Part shown: piece by piece, positions 13,377 through 27,299 of the stretch | How positions within the stretch are numbered: the stretch's first letter is position 1 | How the letters are laid out: each line of letters begins with the position of its first letter | Assembly (NCBI RefSeq): GCF_006345805.1 | Contig: NC_043007.1 | Location: 42,594,001 to 42,658,000, forward strand | Direction: 5' to 3' | Origin: Octopus sinensis | Taxonomy: Eukaryota | Length of the DNA stretch: 64,000 nt | Position numbers and translations under genes: made by a program | The notes under the pieces: model-generated | Told to the model about the DNA's origin: nothing | Seen by the model: only the letters and a program-made list of their open reading frames with translations | Database searches by the model: none

Positions 13377-13866
13377 ATCATCATCATCATCATCATCATC
13401 TCATTTAGCGTCCGCTTTCCATGCTAGCATGGGTTGGACGATTCAACTGGGGTCTAGGAGGCCAGACGGCTGCACCAGGCCCAGTCTGATCTGGCAATGT
13501 GTCTACGGCTGGATGCCCTTCCTAACGCCAACCACTCCGTGAGTGTAGTGGGTGCTTTTTACGTGCCACCAGCACAGGTGCCAGACAGGGCTGGCAAAGG
13601 GCCACGGTCGGATAGTGCTTTTTACGTGCCACCAAACAGGGGCCAGGCAAGGCTGACAACGGCCACGATCGGATGATGCTTTTTACGTGCCACCAACATG
13701 GATGCCCATCGGGGCGGCGCTGGCAACAGCCACGTTCGGATGGTTCGCTTATGTGCCACCAGCACTGGTATCACAGCTACAATTTCCATTGATGTTGATC
13801 GATTTCGATTTTGATTCTCACTTGCCTCAACAGGTCTTCACAAGTAGAGTTTTGTGTCCCAAGAAG
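13377..13866 (-). mobile_element. Family C retroelement
   Basis: Reverse complement of the 9114-9655 element: (CAT)n tail at the left, CTTCTTGGGACACAAAAC 5' end at the right. Confidence 0.8.
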
Positions 13867-14344
13867 TAATCATCATCATTATTATTATTATTATTCTTGC
13901 AAATCTTTGGTACCAAGTTCAAATTTTGAGGAGAAGAGGAAATCAATTACATTGACACCCCCAGCATGCAACTGGTACTAATTTTATCAACCCCAAAAGG
14001 ATGAAAGGCAAAGTCAACCATGGCTGCATAATAGTAATAATAACAATTCTGTTCTTTTCATTGGCATGTATGAGAACAACAACTCAGAGGATGCCTACTC
14101 CCCTTAAAGACTTCTCAATGAAGTATATCTGTATCCTATCTATTATTTGCTAAGTAACTTACTACATAAGTAAACTTTGGCTGGTATAGAGTAAGAAAAA
14201 TATTGACAGATTCACTATCCAGATGACAATTAGATGGTTTATACTGTTGAAAAAATATTAGACATCATGTAGTTTTCTCTTTTTACTTGCTCATGTGTAT
14301 ATACTTTAATGTATATCTTGTAAGGCTCTAATTACATATCTTCT

Positions 14345-14440
14345 ATCTTTTACTTGTTTCAGTCATTAGACTGTGGTCATGCTAGGGCACCGCCTTGAAG
14401 TATTTTGTTGAACAAATAGATTGACCCCAGTTCTTATTTT
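14345..14440 (-). mobile_element. Family B SINE 3' fragment
   Basis: CTTTTACTTGTTTCAGTCATTAGACTGTGGTCATGCTAGGGCACCGCC is the reverse complement of the family B tail. Confidence 0.7.
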
Positions 14441-14471
14441 TTTAAATCTATTTCACAAAATCGCTGAGTTA

Positions 14472-14688
14472 TGGAGAGGAGGGGAGTGGAGAGGGTGAGG
14501 GAGGGAATAGTGAGGAATATGGGAGGGTGAGGAAGAGGAGGAGTTGGGTAAGAGGAGCAGTAAGGAGGGGAGGGGAGAAGGAAGATGAGGGGGAGGGAGA
14601 AGGAAGAAGAGGGGAGGAGAAAAGGAAGAAGAGGGAAGGAGAAAGGGAAGAAGGGGAGGGAGAAAGAGGAGGAGGTTGGCAGAAACAG
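14472..14688 (+). repeat. Near-pure purine (G/A) low-complexity tract
   Basis: About 215 bp almost entirely G/A, with repeated GGG/GGGG runs. Confidence 0.85.
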
Positions 14689-17600
14689 AGGACATCCAAC
14701 AAAATGTCTAGCACTATTTTAGTATTTAGTCTTATCTTGCAATGTTCTGACTCTACTTGGTCCAACATGCCTCTCAATACCACATGGTCAATAGAATTAG
14801 CACCTTGCACAACATCATTTTAACATAAATTTTCTATGCTTAGAATGGATTGGACAGTTTGTCATCACAGGGCTTGATTATTTAATCAACTTGACATATT
14901 CTTAACTAATTTGTCACCTTGAGCCAATTTCAGAAATCCTTATTTATCACTTGTGTTTATTATTACTGATCCATTAGACATATCAATGACATTCCAATGA
15001 TGATCATACTGGGACTTTTTTTATGCTTAGTAGATATCTATATCTCCAATATCTTGCCTTTTTTAAGGTTAAACACTGTGATTTGAGGGCAATTTGGCTC
15101 AGATTTCTAACAGGTCAAAGGACCATACAGAAGCTCCTTTGCTAACTAAATTAATATGAGTTTTTCTTTTCATATAACGGCATGAGTTATATAGTTCTGT
15201 AATGTAATATGCATCTCAATCCTATGTCATGTATGCAAAATCTAATTTTCTAAGGTGTAATCTTCATTATTATTTTTCATCTACCTCAAGCTTATATATC
15301 TGCCAGTAATTGTTAGCGTATATCATCCATTCACATTACATGTCCCTCCATTACCAGTGATTTCTTTCTTCTATAGATCAACCAATGGAGTGATTCTGAC
15401 ACTGTTACTTTAAAAGAATTGTACAAACATATTACTTTACTTACAGGAAAACCAGATTATTGCCTACTAAATCTGCAATAAACTGACAAGTGGACATTGG
15501 CACATAATGGAAATAATAGCTAGGCATAATTTTATTTTTTTCATTCTGAGCACCATCAGTGTTTTACAATACTTTACTCTGTTGGCAGAATTTAGTCTGT
15601 TAGTAGCTGATACATTTTTACTAGTGTTTGCCTATAAACTAAACTTAGCAAATCATGAAATAAAAACAGTAGAAAGTGACTTTTATTTATTTTGTTTGAA
15701 ATTGTATCTTTTTTTATTGGTTGTTATTTGGCTCAAATCAGCCATGATTGAGGAGAACCGTGATCAGACAGATTCTTCAGCTGTGATCAACTTGTGCTGA
15801 TTTCAGAAATCTTTATTTCAGCTTAATATCTCTAAGGCTACCAACTTAAAAAAGGAAGGATACTTTGGAATACGTTATTCTAATGTATACTTCCTGTTTT
15901 AGGAAGGTATGATGTAATTTGAAGGTAATTTGGCAGTAATTTGGCTCTATTTCTAACAGGTCAACAAACAGAAATGTTCCCTCACTGGCTTATATCTTTT
16001 CATTGTTTATTCAACACTGTACACTCTTGTGCAGAGTACTTTTAGCTTTCTTTTATTAGTAATCCAATCTCAGAACTTACGATCATTTAATCAGCTCTAC
16101 AAATGATAATAAAATGATGTTAAGATCACAAGTATGTTCCAACCATTACCCTCAACAAAAGTAGACATAGCTTACAGTATCTTCCAAACAAACCACAATG
16201 AACTACATATTGAAAACTGCACTTTGCATCAACATGATTTTTTTCTTTTTTTATCTTTTATCCAAAAGGAATAGCACAATCCATAACCTTTTATAGGCCT
16301 CTGAAGAAGGGAAGAAGTATCCTCAAATTGTGGCTCTGGCTTCGAATGTGCACTACTGAGTGAATTCCACTAAAGGCCCCAGATGTGCCAGGTGGTAGTG
16401 TTAAACTGAGAGATTACGCCTTTCATCCAAGGATTGGTACTTTTCCAAGACATTTATGTTCTATTTTCTTCAAGGTAAAAAGTCAACTTGCATTAAATTA
16501 TATCAGCTGAACCTGATATAATTTCCATCATTAACCACAACCACAATGGTCTTTGATCTAAACAGTACAATATGCCTTTATTGTCACAACCAATTGCTAA
16601 ATAACAACTCGGGGACTATACAAAGCAACAAGAGAGCCTCTATTTGGTTGTTTGACATACTGCAAATATCAGTTATCAAATATCCCTTCAATTATACCCT
16701 ATTATCTTAAAAAAGGAAGGACATTTAATAATATAGTCCCAGGGGGTGGGGGAATGCTGAATGATCACAGATGGAATGCTGCTTTTGATCATAAGTCTGC
16801 TCAACCAGGACCAACTTGGGACTAAACAATACTAGCCAATCATTATATAACAACCAAACACTAACAAAAAAAAATACTATATAGTAAACAAACACTCATT
16901 ATCATCTTCATTTAACATCTATATTTCATACTGGCATAGGTCAGACATTCTGACAGGATCTGACAAGCTGCAGGGCTGTACTGGGCTTCAGTGTCAGCTT
17001 TGGTATGTTTTCTATGATTGGATGCCCTTCCTAACACCATCTACCTTACAATGTGTACTGGGTGCCTTTTTTCTTTGCTTTTTTTTTTTTTTTGCCACTG
17101 GCACTAGTAGGTCATTTGAGTAGGTTGCAGGATAGAAAGCAATGGAAAAGGGAAAAAGGAAAAAGCCACTAGGAATGGAGATGGAAGGAAGCTTTATGCC
17201 AGTTGCTGAAAGGCTAAAACAAAAAATATTATATAATAACAAAACACTAAATAACAGCTAAACAAGATATAACACTACATAGTGTGGAATATTCTAAGAA
17301 TGACATTCTTAAAAAGGTAAAATTAAGTCTTTGATAGACTGTTACCTAGAAAGTAAAGGGTGGGGGGTAGAAAGGTCATGGCAAGGATGCTTCTGACCAT
17401 AAATTAGCTCAATCAGGCTGACCTAGGGTGAAACAATAAGAACAACAATGATACAACAAGGTGTTTGGTATATTTTTGGTCAGACTAAAATTTGGCATAT
17501 TCATGATATTGATCAAAACAGGTTTCTGCTCTCAAGCACACAACCAGCTTATTCTTATACCAGAGAATCAACCAAGGTTCTTTCCATGTCAATGATAGCA

Positions 17601-18325
17601 ACAACATTATTCAAACTGAAACCTTTTCTCTTCTTTTTTTTTAAATAAGACACAGAACAGTTATCAATAATCTATAAGTGATTTAATCTCTCACTCTAAA
17701 ACCACTATTTATCAAAGTATAAAAACTCTTAAATTGATTACATTTGAACGAAACAATTATCTGACGACTATTGTCCAAAACAGAGTTCATAAATGGGAAA
17801 CTAGTAGTGAATAAACTACAAAAAGCAGATTGAAGTTGATTAGATTAAGTATTTTTGATATTCAAAAGAACAGCACAAGCCAAAAAAGACTGGTTACAAC
17901 CAGATAAGAGAACATTACAACAATTCAATTGTTCAGCAGTGTAATGTTCAATTCCAGATCAATTGTGATCAAACACGTCATTCTGTTACTATTTCAACTA
18001 CTACTATTATGATCATTATCATTTTTATAATTATTAATATTATTATCATTATCATTATTTCATAGTCATTATTTGGCCAAATGCCTGTGTAAGTTTTGAA
18101 GCTGAAATGTTAATTCTATTAACCATTTCACAGTCCACAGCAGCTGGCAGCACCATGGTCATTACATGTAATATATATTTATGTGTGTGTACATATATGT
18201 ATTAGAATCTCTGAAGAATTCTCCAAGATTCCAACATCAATTACATGTGTGTGTGTGTGTGTATATTTATACATATATATGTATGCATGTATGTGTGCAT
18301 GTGTGTCTGTGTGTGTGTGTGCATT

Positions 18326-18399
<74 letters not shown>

Positions 18400-18897
18400 A
18401 AACTTCATTTAATACCCTTGTTCCAAATTTAAACTTGACCATGCATTTCCATTACTTGAAGTTTCTTACCAAATGGCAAACACCAAATGGTGTGTCAAAA
18501 CTAAAGGCTACTTCCAATATTCAGTATTGCAAATATCAAATATTTCACAGTTGATGCATCATTTGATGACAACCATTTGGCATGAAACTTTAAGTAATGG
18601 AAGTCAACAATAACTAATATATATATATATATATATCACCAGATGACCAGCTGCTTTTATACACCATTAGTAACAATGAGCTTTACATTGTTTTAGCTTT
18701 TAAATGATGCTACCCTATCAGTTAACATTCACCCTGAATGGAATGCCAGTCCTTCACTGGCTTACCCATTTACAGCTGAGTGGACTGAAACAACATGAAA
18801 TGATTATTTTTGCTCAAGAACCCAATGTATCACTGATCTGGTGATCAAAACCATGATCTAGTAATTATGAGTGCAACACCCTAACCACTAGGCCACA

Positions 18898-18967
<70 letters not shown>

Positions 18968-21900
18968 TACAGCAAGTAAGTTTCTGTTGAATCTGGTCTT
19001 TAACTCTCAGTTGTAAAAAATATGTTGTTTCACTTACAGCATTCCTGTCTTTGAGCAGATTACCCAGATAGATAGCTGCAATCAAGAAAGGTCAATTAAC
19101 TGCCTATTTACAGCACCAATATATAGTCAATAAATATACTTTTAACTACACTTTTGTTAATGAATGGACACTTTCAAGTCTACACCTACTTATAGTATTT
19201 AATATAATGCAAGTTACTTGACCTGTTAAAAATAGCAACCAAACCTTCCTCAAATCACACTCCACAATCTTTAATAAAGAAAAGATGCATTAGATAATGT
19301 AGTCCTGGACATACAACCAAAAAGCTAGGATGGTCATGGCTGGAATCCTTTTGATCATATGTCTGCTTGATTAGAGTTGATCTGGGCTAGGGTCCCTGTT
19401 GGTCAAGAGTGACCATGCATCTGCACATGTGCAGTCTTAAGGAAAGACTAGCAGTTACCAATTCATGCAAGTCTCCCTTCTCCATGCCACCAATTTTTCT
19501 CCAAAAGAAAGGCCACTGACTTAGGCCAATACAGCTTGACACCATTCTTATTACAGGTATTGCTACTAGAATGCATGAAGCAGAACAAATACTGCAAAAT
19601 ATTTTGCCTGTTTCACGAACAGTTTCACCAATCCACTACCCTGGATTGATACTTTTTATAAACCCCAAAATGATGAAAGTGAAGTTGACCTCGCCAGGAT
19701 TTGAACTCAGAGAACAGTCAAACTAAATATCATGAAGCAACCTATCTAAAGCTCTATCAACTCTATCCAGACCTGGGTTAAGCCACAACTTAGTACAGTA
19801 ATAACCACTGATGACAGTATATGAACCAATCAGCTAGCATCTGGAAAGCTTTCTATTCAATCTGTTGAAATCTCTCTTCATCAAGTGGAATTTCTCAGTA
19901 AACTATCTCCAGTCTTTAAATTAGAGATTATAAAGTTTCAATTGAGAAGATAGACAACTGCTTCAGAAATTTAGGACAGTTGACTGCAACAGACAAAATG
20001 ACTATTCAACTGTTTACCAACATAGAATGATTCTAATTCTGTTCTCACTTACAAGGATGCATAAGGTTGATTAGTGTTCATTTTCAATTCTGTGGTGTTA
20101 AATGCAAGAGTGATACTGAACAGGATGGTAGTTTACTGAATGTAGCTTTTCATTGAGTGGAATTGGGATTGAGCTCAGTCCTGCAAGCCAACAGACGCCT
20201 CATTTGTCAATTCTACATGCTACATTGTTCATAGTGTTGAGTCTGACCTTTGTAGCAACACGGATGCATTCATGTGATACCTCAGCTTACTAGGAATAAC
20301 AATAAAATGGCTCTCAAACCACATCCACTCTCTTTAAAAAAAAAGAAAGACAATAGATTATGTGGCCCTATGACTCCAAAAAACAAATGGGATGGACAAA
20401 GCTAGAAAGCTTTTGCTCAAAGATTTGCTTGATTAGGATAGACTTCAAGCTAAACAAGTAGAATTTAGAGCTAGGTAGACTAATTTCCCTGACCAAAGTA
20501 ACACAATGCTTCGGTGACAAGATATAGACAGCCAGCCAAATTGCCCAGTACCCTGAGGGGAGAAAGTGTTATTTTTTTAACACTTTCTATTCCTGCTCAG
20601 CTATCTCAATAAGCTATACTTGAAATAGGTTGACTCCAGTTTTCATCAACTTTTCATTTGACATAAAAATAAACTACAACAAGCAATACAATTTACAACA
20701 GAAGGTAAATGTGAAGCAAACTTACAAACAAAATGATAGTGAGTGTGCTCCAGCAAGGCTGTAACCATTTGATTTAAACTAACTAAATGAAACTAAGTGA
20801 AACATGAAACTAAATTCAACAAAAACAAAAATTTATTTGCTTCTATAACAACAACATCAATAAGACTACAATTTATTAGTCTAAAGCATCATGCAAGAGA
20901 AACAGTTCCGTTACCATTGCCAGAAATATGCACCAATTTGGACATTTCAACCCAAGGGCAACATATTCAACACCTGTAAGTTAATAGAAAAACCAACCTT
21001 TAATTCATTACATCATATCAAATTCCTTCAGATGTCTTTTAAAAGAATATATAAAATGCAATCTTGAGAGACTGATGAGTAGTTCCACAATATTTAAGCA
21101 GATGAACAAATTTCACCCAGGATAGGATTCCAGTCTTTATAACAAGTCATAAAACAGTCGTGTGTTTCTACAAGTGAGGTATCCTGTACAGAGACTCATC
21201 AAAGATCACACAAAGGATGTGAGCTAAAAACAAAGAAGTTAGTAATCTTAATCTTAGTTTTTCAAACATTCTAACTTTACAAAAAGATGCCAATGTCAGA
21301 GCCTTTAAGTGTCTACTCAACCTGCTAGAAATAGTAAATAATCCTCACAAATCACACCTTACCAATCATTAAGAAAGACAGGTTAATGGAATGACAAATT
21401 GAATACTTTTGATCATAAGTCTGCTCAATCAGCCATGACCTGAGATCAAAAAACAACAACCCTTACAAAATAATGTATAAGCATTGTCAGAAAACCTGTC
21501 ACCTGATTTCAATAGCCAAAATGAACTGAGGCAATGTAAAATTAAATAGTCCACTAATCATTTTATCCTTACAGAATAATAGTTTCTAATTTGGGCACAA
21601 GACCAGCAATCTTAGGAGGTTATTGGTCAATACCATTAACCTCAGTGTTAGAGTGGTATCTTATTTCATCAACCCCACTGATTGATGAGAGACAAAGTTA
21701 TCCTTGGCAGTATTTGTACTCAGAAAAAGGTGACAGAAAAACCGCAAAGCAATTTTTCCAACACCTTAATGATTTTTGCCAATCCACCATCCTTACAGAA
21801 ATGGAATGTGATCATTTCTATCACTATTTTGTCATACTGGCTTACAGTGCATTTACACAAAACATATCGTATCTATAAACTTTTGACATTTTTTAACTAT

Positions 21901-22509
21901 TAGTTAGTTAGTCTGATGAATAATGTGAGGTGTTGGTTGACACTTTAGTATAGCCTCATGAGCAATCCTATGGCATACCAGACGACAATTAAAAAAAACT
22001 AGATGCAATCTATAGAGCCTTTTTTTCTTGTTATACCATATCTCTACCTAGTTGAGGGCAAGACTGCACACTCAAATAAGCAGTAATAAATAAGTATAGG
22101 GTGCAGTGTGAGAGCCCAGAAATGCATTATCTCCACAGTCCAGTTTATTTCTACACACCTGTGGATTCTGCCGCAGCCATGGAAACGCAGACAAGAGAGA
22201 CTTCAAACATTTTAGATTCTTTCTAGACTGGTGGAGACAGCTGGCCAAGTAAATAGGACACTGGGTTAAAAATTTATACTCTGTCATCCAACTATTTTAT
22301 GGCCTCAAAGCATTAAACTCTCAAAAGCTCAGCAGATCTATGTGTAAGTATGTATCACATTGTTGAAACAACTCACAACTGTAAGCACCAATAATAATAT
22401 AACATTGATGGGATTATCATTAACTTCACTTTCAGTGCTGAGTTAAACTCCTCCTGGGCTTGGAGAGAGATAGGTTCCACTGCCAAATTTATCTGATCCA
22501 GATACAATA

Positions 22510-22710
22510 TATGAAATTGTTGATATTGTAGTTTAGCTCCAAATCAACCCTAATTGAGTTGACCTTTGATCGAAGACACTTAAGCCATGTTTATGCTTGT
22601 TTTTTCAGACAGTAGTGTACCATAGACTATATTATCCAATGCGTCATTTCTTTTTAAGATGGTATGGTTTGGTTTGTAGGAGATTTTAATCATTATTTCT
22701 AGCAACTAAA
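22510..22710 (+). mobile_element. Representative of an old, abundant interspersed repeat (family E, unclassified)
   Basis: Motif chain TAGCTCCA..CCCTAATTGAG..GACCT..GATC.AAG.CA...CTATTATCCAATG.GTC.TTTCTTTTTAAGA.GGTA.GG..TG..TTG.AGGAGATTT...ATTTCTAGCA. Degenerate copies at about 15900, 16640-16830, 19210-19390, 21310-21460, 34600-34810, 47900-48080, 59330-59460 and 63500-63690. Confidence 0.55.
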
Positions 22711-22860
22711 TTTTCCTCAATGATCATGTTTAAGACCCCATCATAGAGCTGAGGAGAATCTCAACATTCTTATTGATTATGGAACTTGCCACCAGCATCT
22801 CACTGAATGATAAGGCTAACTATTATACAGTCACTGTGATTAATATCCTGTTTGAATTCT

Positions 22861-22930
22861 AACCGGAATACAATGGGTAACTGGAATACATGGGTAATTG
22901 GGATACATGGGTAGACTGGAATACATAGGT
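22861..22930 (+). repeat. Minisatellite, ~17-18 bp unit x4
   Basis: ACCGGAATACAATGGGTA ACTGGAATACATGGGTA ATTGGGATACATGGGTAG ACTGGAATACATAGGT. Confidence 0.8.
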
Positions 22931-24054
22931 GATTAAGAAGTCCAAGAAGATTGCAGCTCTGAAGAGAAGGATTGAGAAAGAAATATTTATATAAAGGGGT
23001 TCAGAGCTGAGCTATAATGAGAGAAAAAATGTCAGAAAGAGAACAGAAGGAGGCGCATAAAAGAGATTTATGTTCAGGCAATATGTAGTCAGTATGTTCA
23101 AAAAACAAAAATCATTGTCATTATAGCAAAAGAAACAGAAGCACTCAGTGGTTGATTGGTGGAAGATTTAAGTCTGAGTAAATGAAATAAATGAATGTGA
23201 AAAGGTAGGCGAAATGTCACTGGAAATTAGCTGCCTGGTATCTGTAAGAGATTAATCTGAAAGTAGAATGGTCTAATAAGTCTATTAAGTCACTGACTCA
23301 CTATTTAAATTACCAGCTGCAGTTGACTCATAGCAAGAGAAGGATATAGACTGATCAGACATGATGAATGAAGATTGGAATGAAAATGAACAAGTTAGAG
23401 CTACTGGGTTTTATAAGGTCTTGCATTCTGGACAGAACAAGTTCAAACAAGCAAAACAAAAGTAAATATCAAGGGTATTATGGAATTTTAACAACAGATG
23501 TTGCCTAGAACAAAATGAGTGCAAGGTAAGCAGCTACAAAATAAACCTATAACAGAAACATATAAAATAAAGAAGAAAAAAAAACCTCATAAATTTAATG
23601 CTTATTCTTATTGTATCTGAGATTACAATGGATTTAAAGGAAATATCAGATAAACTAACAAGGATTATCTCGAGATTTTTTTTTTTTCACATTTATTCTA
23701 TCTGTGAGGCTTTACAGTGGGGCAAAGTTACAGAGTGAGTTATAATGTTGCAGTTAGGGAATTTACAGTTTTATAGTATTTCAGCAACGCCTCACATATC
23801 CCAAATTTATTTTATATCACAATTTTGTTGTACAGTTAGTTACAAGGTATCCAGTGGGCTAAAACACAGCTTCACTGCACTTCTGATGAGAATGACAACA
23901 AAAAGTTCATAAATCCAATGCAAAACAAATATTTCAAAGGATTTTGTTGGTAAAAGCGTTTATTTTTTTTTAGCTTTTTCACCACTATTTATATTCTCCA
24001 CTGAACTACATCAATAAAACAATATAAACACACATACATAAACATTATATATTT

Positions 24055-24240
24055 ATGCAGGCATGGCTGTATGGTAAGAGATTTGCTCTGGGTTCAGTGT
24101 TCAGTCCCACTGCATGGCATCACTGACAATTGTCTTCTGCTATAGTTCTGTGTCAACCAAAGCTTTATGAATGGACCTGGTAGATGGAAATTAAAAGAAG
24201 CTAGCAGTGTGTGTGTGTGTGCACGTGCACATATGCGTAT
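24055..24240 (+). mobile_element. Family B SINE 5' half
   Basis: GCAGGCATGGCTGTATGGTAAG...GGTTCAGTCCCACTGCATGGC...GGTAGATGGAAATTAAAAGAAGC. A second 5' half lies at about 24685-24850. Confidence 0.7.
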
Positions 24241-25423
24241 GTATGTGTGTGTTATCCAGCCACTATATATTTATATAGATGATTCTTTGTGATTTTTATA
24301 TCAACATAAACTAGTTGAAAGGAATATTTCCTTTTAAAGTTTTCTTCATTTTCCAACAGAGGAGAAAAACAGTTTTTCTTTTTCTATTTTGGTATATGTA
24401 AAGCTTAGAGTGAACCAAAAGAGGTCATTGTTATGTGTGTGACATCAGTGAATTCAAACATCTTGCCTTCAGTGCTGCAGCAGTACTAAAGGTCATTTGG
24501 TGGAGAATAGCCAATAATATTGATTCTTGTAGTTGACTGGTACTTGTTTTATCAACCCCCGAAGAAGGAAATTTGAACTTGGAATATAAAGTGACTTAAC
24601 TAAACATCACAAGGCATTTTGTCCTACAATCTATTGATCCTGCAAATCTACTGCAGTACTAATGTTACTACCCACATATATATACAGATGGCTGTGTGAT
24701 AAGAAGCTTGCTTCCCAACTTTGTTGTCTTGGGTTCAGTCCAAATGCATGGCATCTTAAGCAAATGTCTTCTACTATAGCCCTAAGCAAACCAAAACCTT
24801 ATGAATGGATTCAGTAGACAAACTGAAAGAAGCCTGTTGTGTGTTGTGTGTGTGTGCACACATTTGTCTTTTCTTGTCTTGACATCATGTAGTGTTTGTA
24901 AAATGATTGTCAGTCATACAAGCAGTATCATTCTTTTCCAGAATTCTGCAAGAACATGTCTGGCCACAAGGAAATATCTTGCTTGGATGCAAGTGAGGGC
25001 ATCTGACTATAGAGAAAATCTGCTTCAATAAACTCTATCTAACCTATGTAATCATGGAAAAGGGGACATTAAAACAATGGTTTTTATGAAGTACAATGAC
25101 TGTGAGGTAACAGTACTGAACTACTGACTGGAAAAGAATAATACAAGCCTTATTACAACCATTATGTTGTTCTTAAATATACACTCTTACATTGCTTTTC
25201 TTGATTCAGTTTGCTTTAACTGTAACTAAGTGCCACTCTCACTAAATAGTTGAATAATTAGTAATAGGAGAAACAAGCAGACATTAAATATATGGTGCAC
25301 TATCGAAGTTTACAGAGTCCTTTGTTCCGCCCTAGAAAGGAAAGTGAATGTAGGTAAAAACTAATAGTATAATTCATAATTTCCTTGTCTTGATCCTCGG
25401 TGACTCCTGACGTAAGTATAAAA

Positions 25424-25679
25424 GAGTGGTTCTCAACCATTTTTTACCTATGGACTCCTTTATTTCCTATTTTTATTAGGGTGGACGCTCGTGGTTATTT
25501 GATGCTTCAAAGAAACCTTATTGTATATTTATAATTGAATATTATAAGGAATTGTGTAAAAAATTATTAAAATATTTTGTGTATTGTGAAAGTATAACCA
25601 ATTTATTACACATAAATTTTAAGAACAAAATCTTATACGGGCCCTTAAGTGTCATACGGACCCTGGTTGAGAACTACTG
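25424..25679. mobile_element. hAT-type MITE
   Basis: TIRs GAGTGGTTCTCAACC / GGTTGAGAACTACTG. Flanking 8-mers GTATAAAA (25416-25423) and GCATAAAG (25680-25687) match 6/8. Confidence 0.7.
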
Positions 25680-26084
25680 GCATAAAGGATGAGTAGAACA
25701 GCTAGGCTGTCTCAGTAGGCTGCAGAAAGCAGAGAATGAAACTTAATACATCTAAAACTAGCCATAACAGGTGGAGAAAGGGTGAAGGAGTTTTTAAAAG
25801 ATACTTAACTTTTTTAATGCTAATTTATCTGATATTGTTCATACTAAAGTGTTTGTATTTAAATTAAAATCTCAAACAAAATCTCATAACATGAAACTTC
25901 ATTTGTTCAACATTGAGATAGTATATATATATATTCCAAGTTAGATATTTATTACTAAACCTCTCGTAAATCTTAACTATACAGAAAAAATAATTGAATA
26001 CGCAAACAGTATATTCATTAGGATTTTGTCTTGCAAGGATTAAAGATAAGAAAAGACATGCCTAATGTAGGAACCTTGAATATT

Positions 26085-26460
26085 CTTTCCTACTCTAGGC
26101 ACAAGGTCCGAAATTTTGTGGGGAGGGGCCAGTCGATTAGATCGACCCAGTACTCAACTGGTACTCTATCGACTTCTAAAGGATGAAAGGCAAAGTCGAA
26201 CTCGGCGGAATTTGAACTCAGAACGTAAAGACAGACGAAATACCTATTTCTTTACTACCCACAAGGAGCTAAACACAGAGAGGACAAACAAGGGCAGACA
26301 AACGGGTTAAGTTGATTATATCGACACCAGTGCGTAACTGGTACTTATCTAATCGACCCCGAAAGGATGAAAGGCAAAGTCGACCTCGGCGGAATTTGAA
26401 CTCAAAATGTAACAGCAGACGAAATATGGCTACGCATTTCGCACGGCGTGCTAACGTTTC
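26085..26460 (-). mobile_element. Two abutting family-A SINEs (the second, 26245-26460, near full length)
   Basis: Two AAAGGATGAAAGGCAAAGTCGA.CTCGGCGGAATTTGAACTCA cores with different tails. Confidence 0.8.
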
Positions 26461-27299
26461 TAGACAAATAGGGTTGGTTGAGTATGAGCTTCAGTAGTGT
26501 AACAAAGGCATATCACTTCTGGTCTATGAAGCATTGAAGACGAATAGGAAAATCTTTGTCGACTATCATGATTTTAAAACATATCAGATTCTAATGAACT
26601 AACTCCAAATCATGGCTAAATCCATTAAAAAAGAGCAAACTTAAAAAGCAAAAAGAAAACAAAAATCTGAATGTGTACAATTATAAAGATGCAAAATAGC
26701 AACATGGATAAGGAAGGTGCTGAGATAGTAAATTGATGGTTCAGAAGTTCATGTTTTCAAATTCACTACAGACGTTTCCCTATGTATATGTGCAGGGCAC
26801 TATTATGTGCACCATAACTCGTTTGAAAACGGTGAAAGAGGAAACAAAAAAGCAGCAATGAGTCCAATAAAGAAAGCAATAAAAGCCAAAATTTACATGC
26901 ACAGCATAAAACACGAAACGACAGGGAAAAAGTCAGGTGGAAGAAAGGCACGTCAAAACTAGTGTTGACAAATTTCGTAAAGCATAGAATATTTGAAGGA
27001 TGCAAGGTCTTGACAACTAACAACTGACACGAGTCGTTTGTTCCATGCTTTGACAATTCAAAGGGTGCAAAAATGTTTCTGAAAGTTACGGGTGCTGCGA
27101 TATTTTTGATTTTGTATGTACATAGGCAGTACAAATATTGAATTCAAAAAGATGGCCAAAGTTGTTGTCGGAAAGCTGGTTGATAATCTAGTGGGATTTG
27201 ATGATCAGCTGCTAAGCATCAAAGCTTGAGTGTATCGATGATCAGAGAAGCAAGATACTCAAATATAGTAACTGAATATAGTAGTATTATAGAATATAA

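Noticed and set aside
16301-16335. CTGAAGA-AGG...CCT-CAAA, similar to a minimal Penelope hammerhead
   Set aside because: The essential GAAA reads CAAA and no stems I/III are evident; at most a dead remnant.
22072-22287. 71-aa minus ORF in complex sequence
   Set aside because: Only a faint resemblance to an RTE C-terminal tail and no splice support; too weak to call as gene or element.
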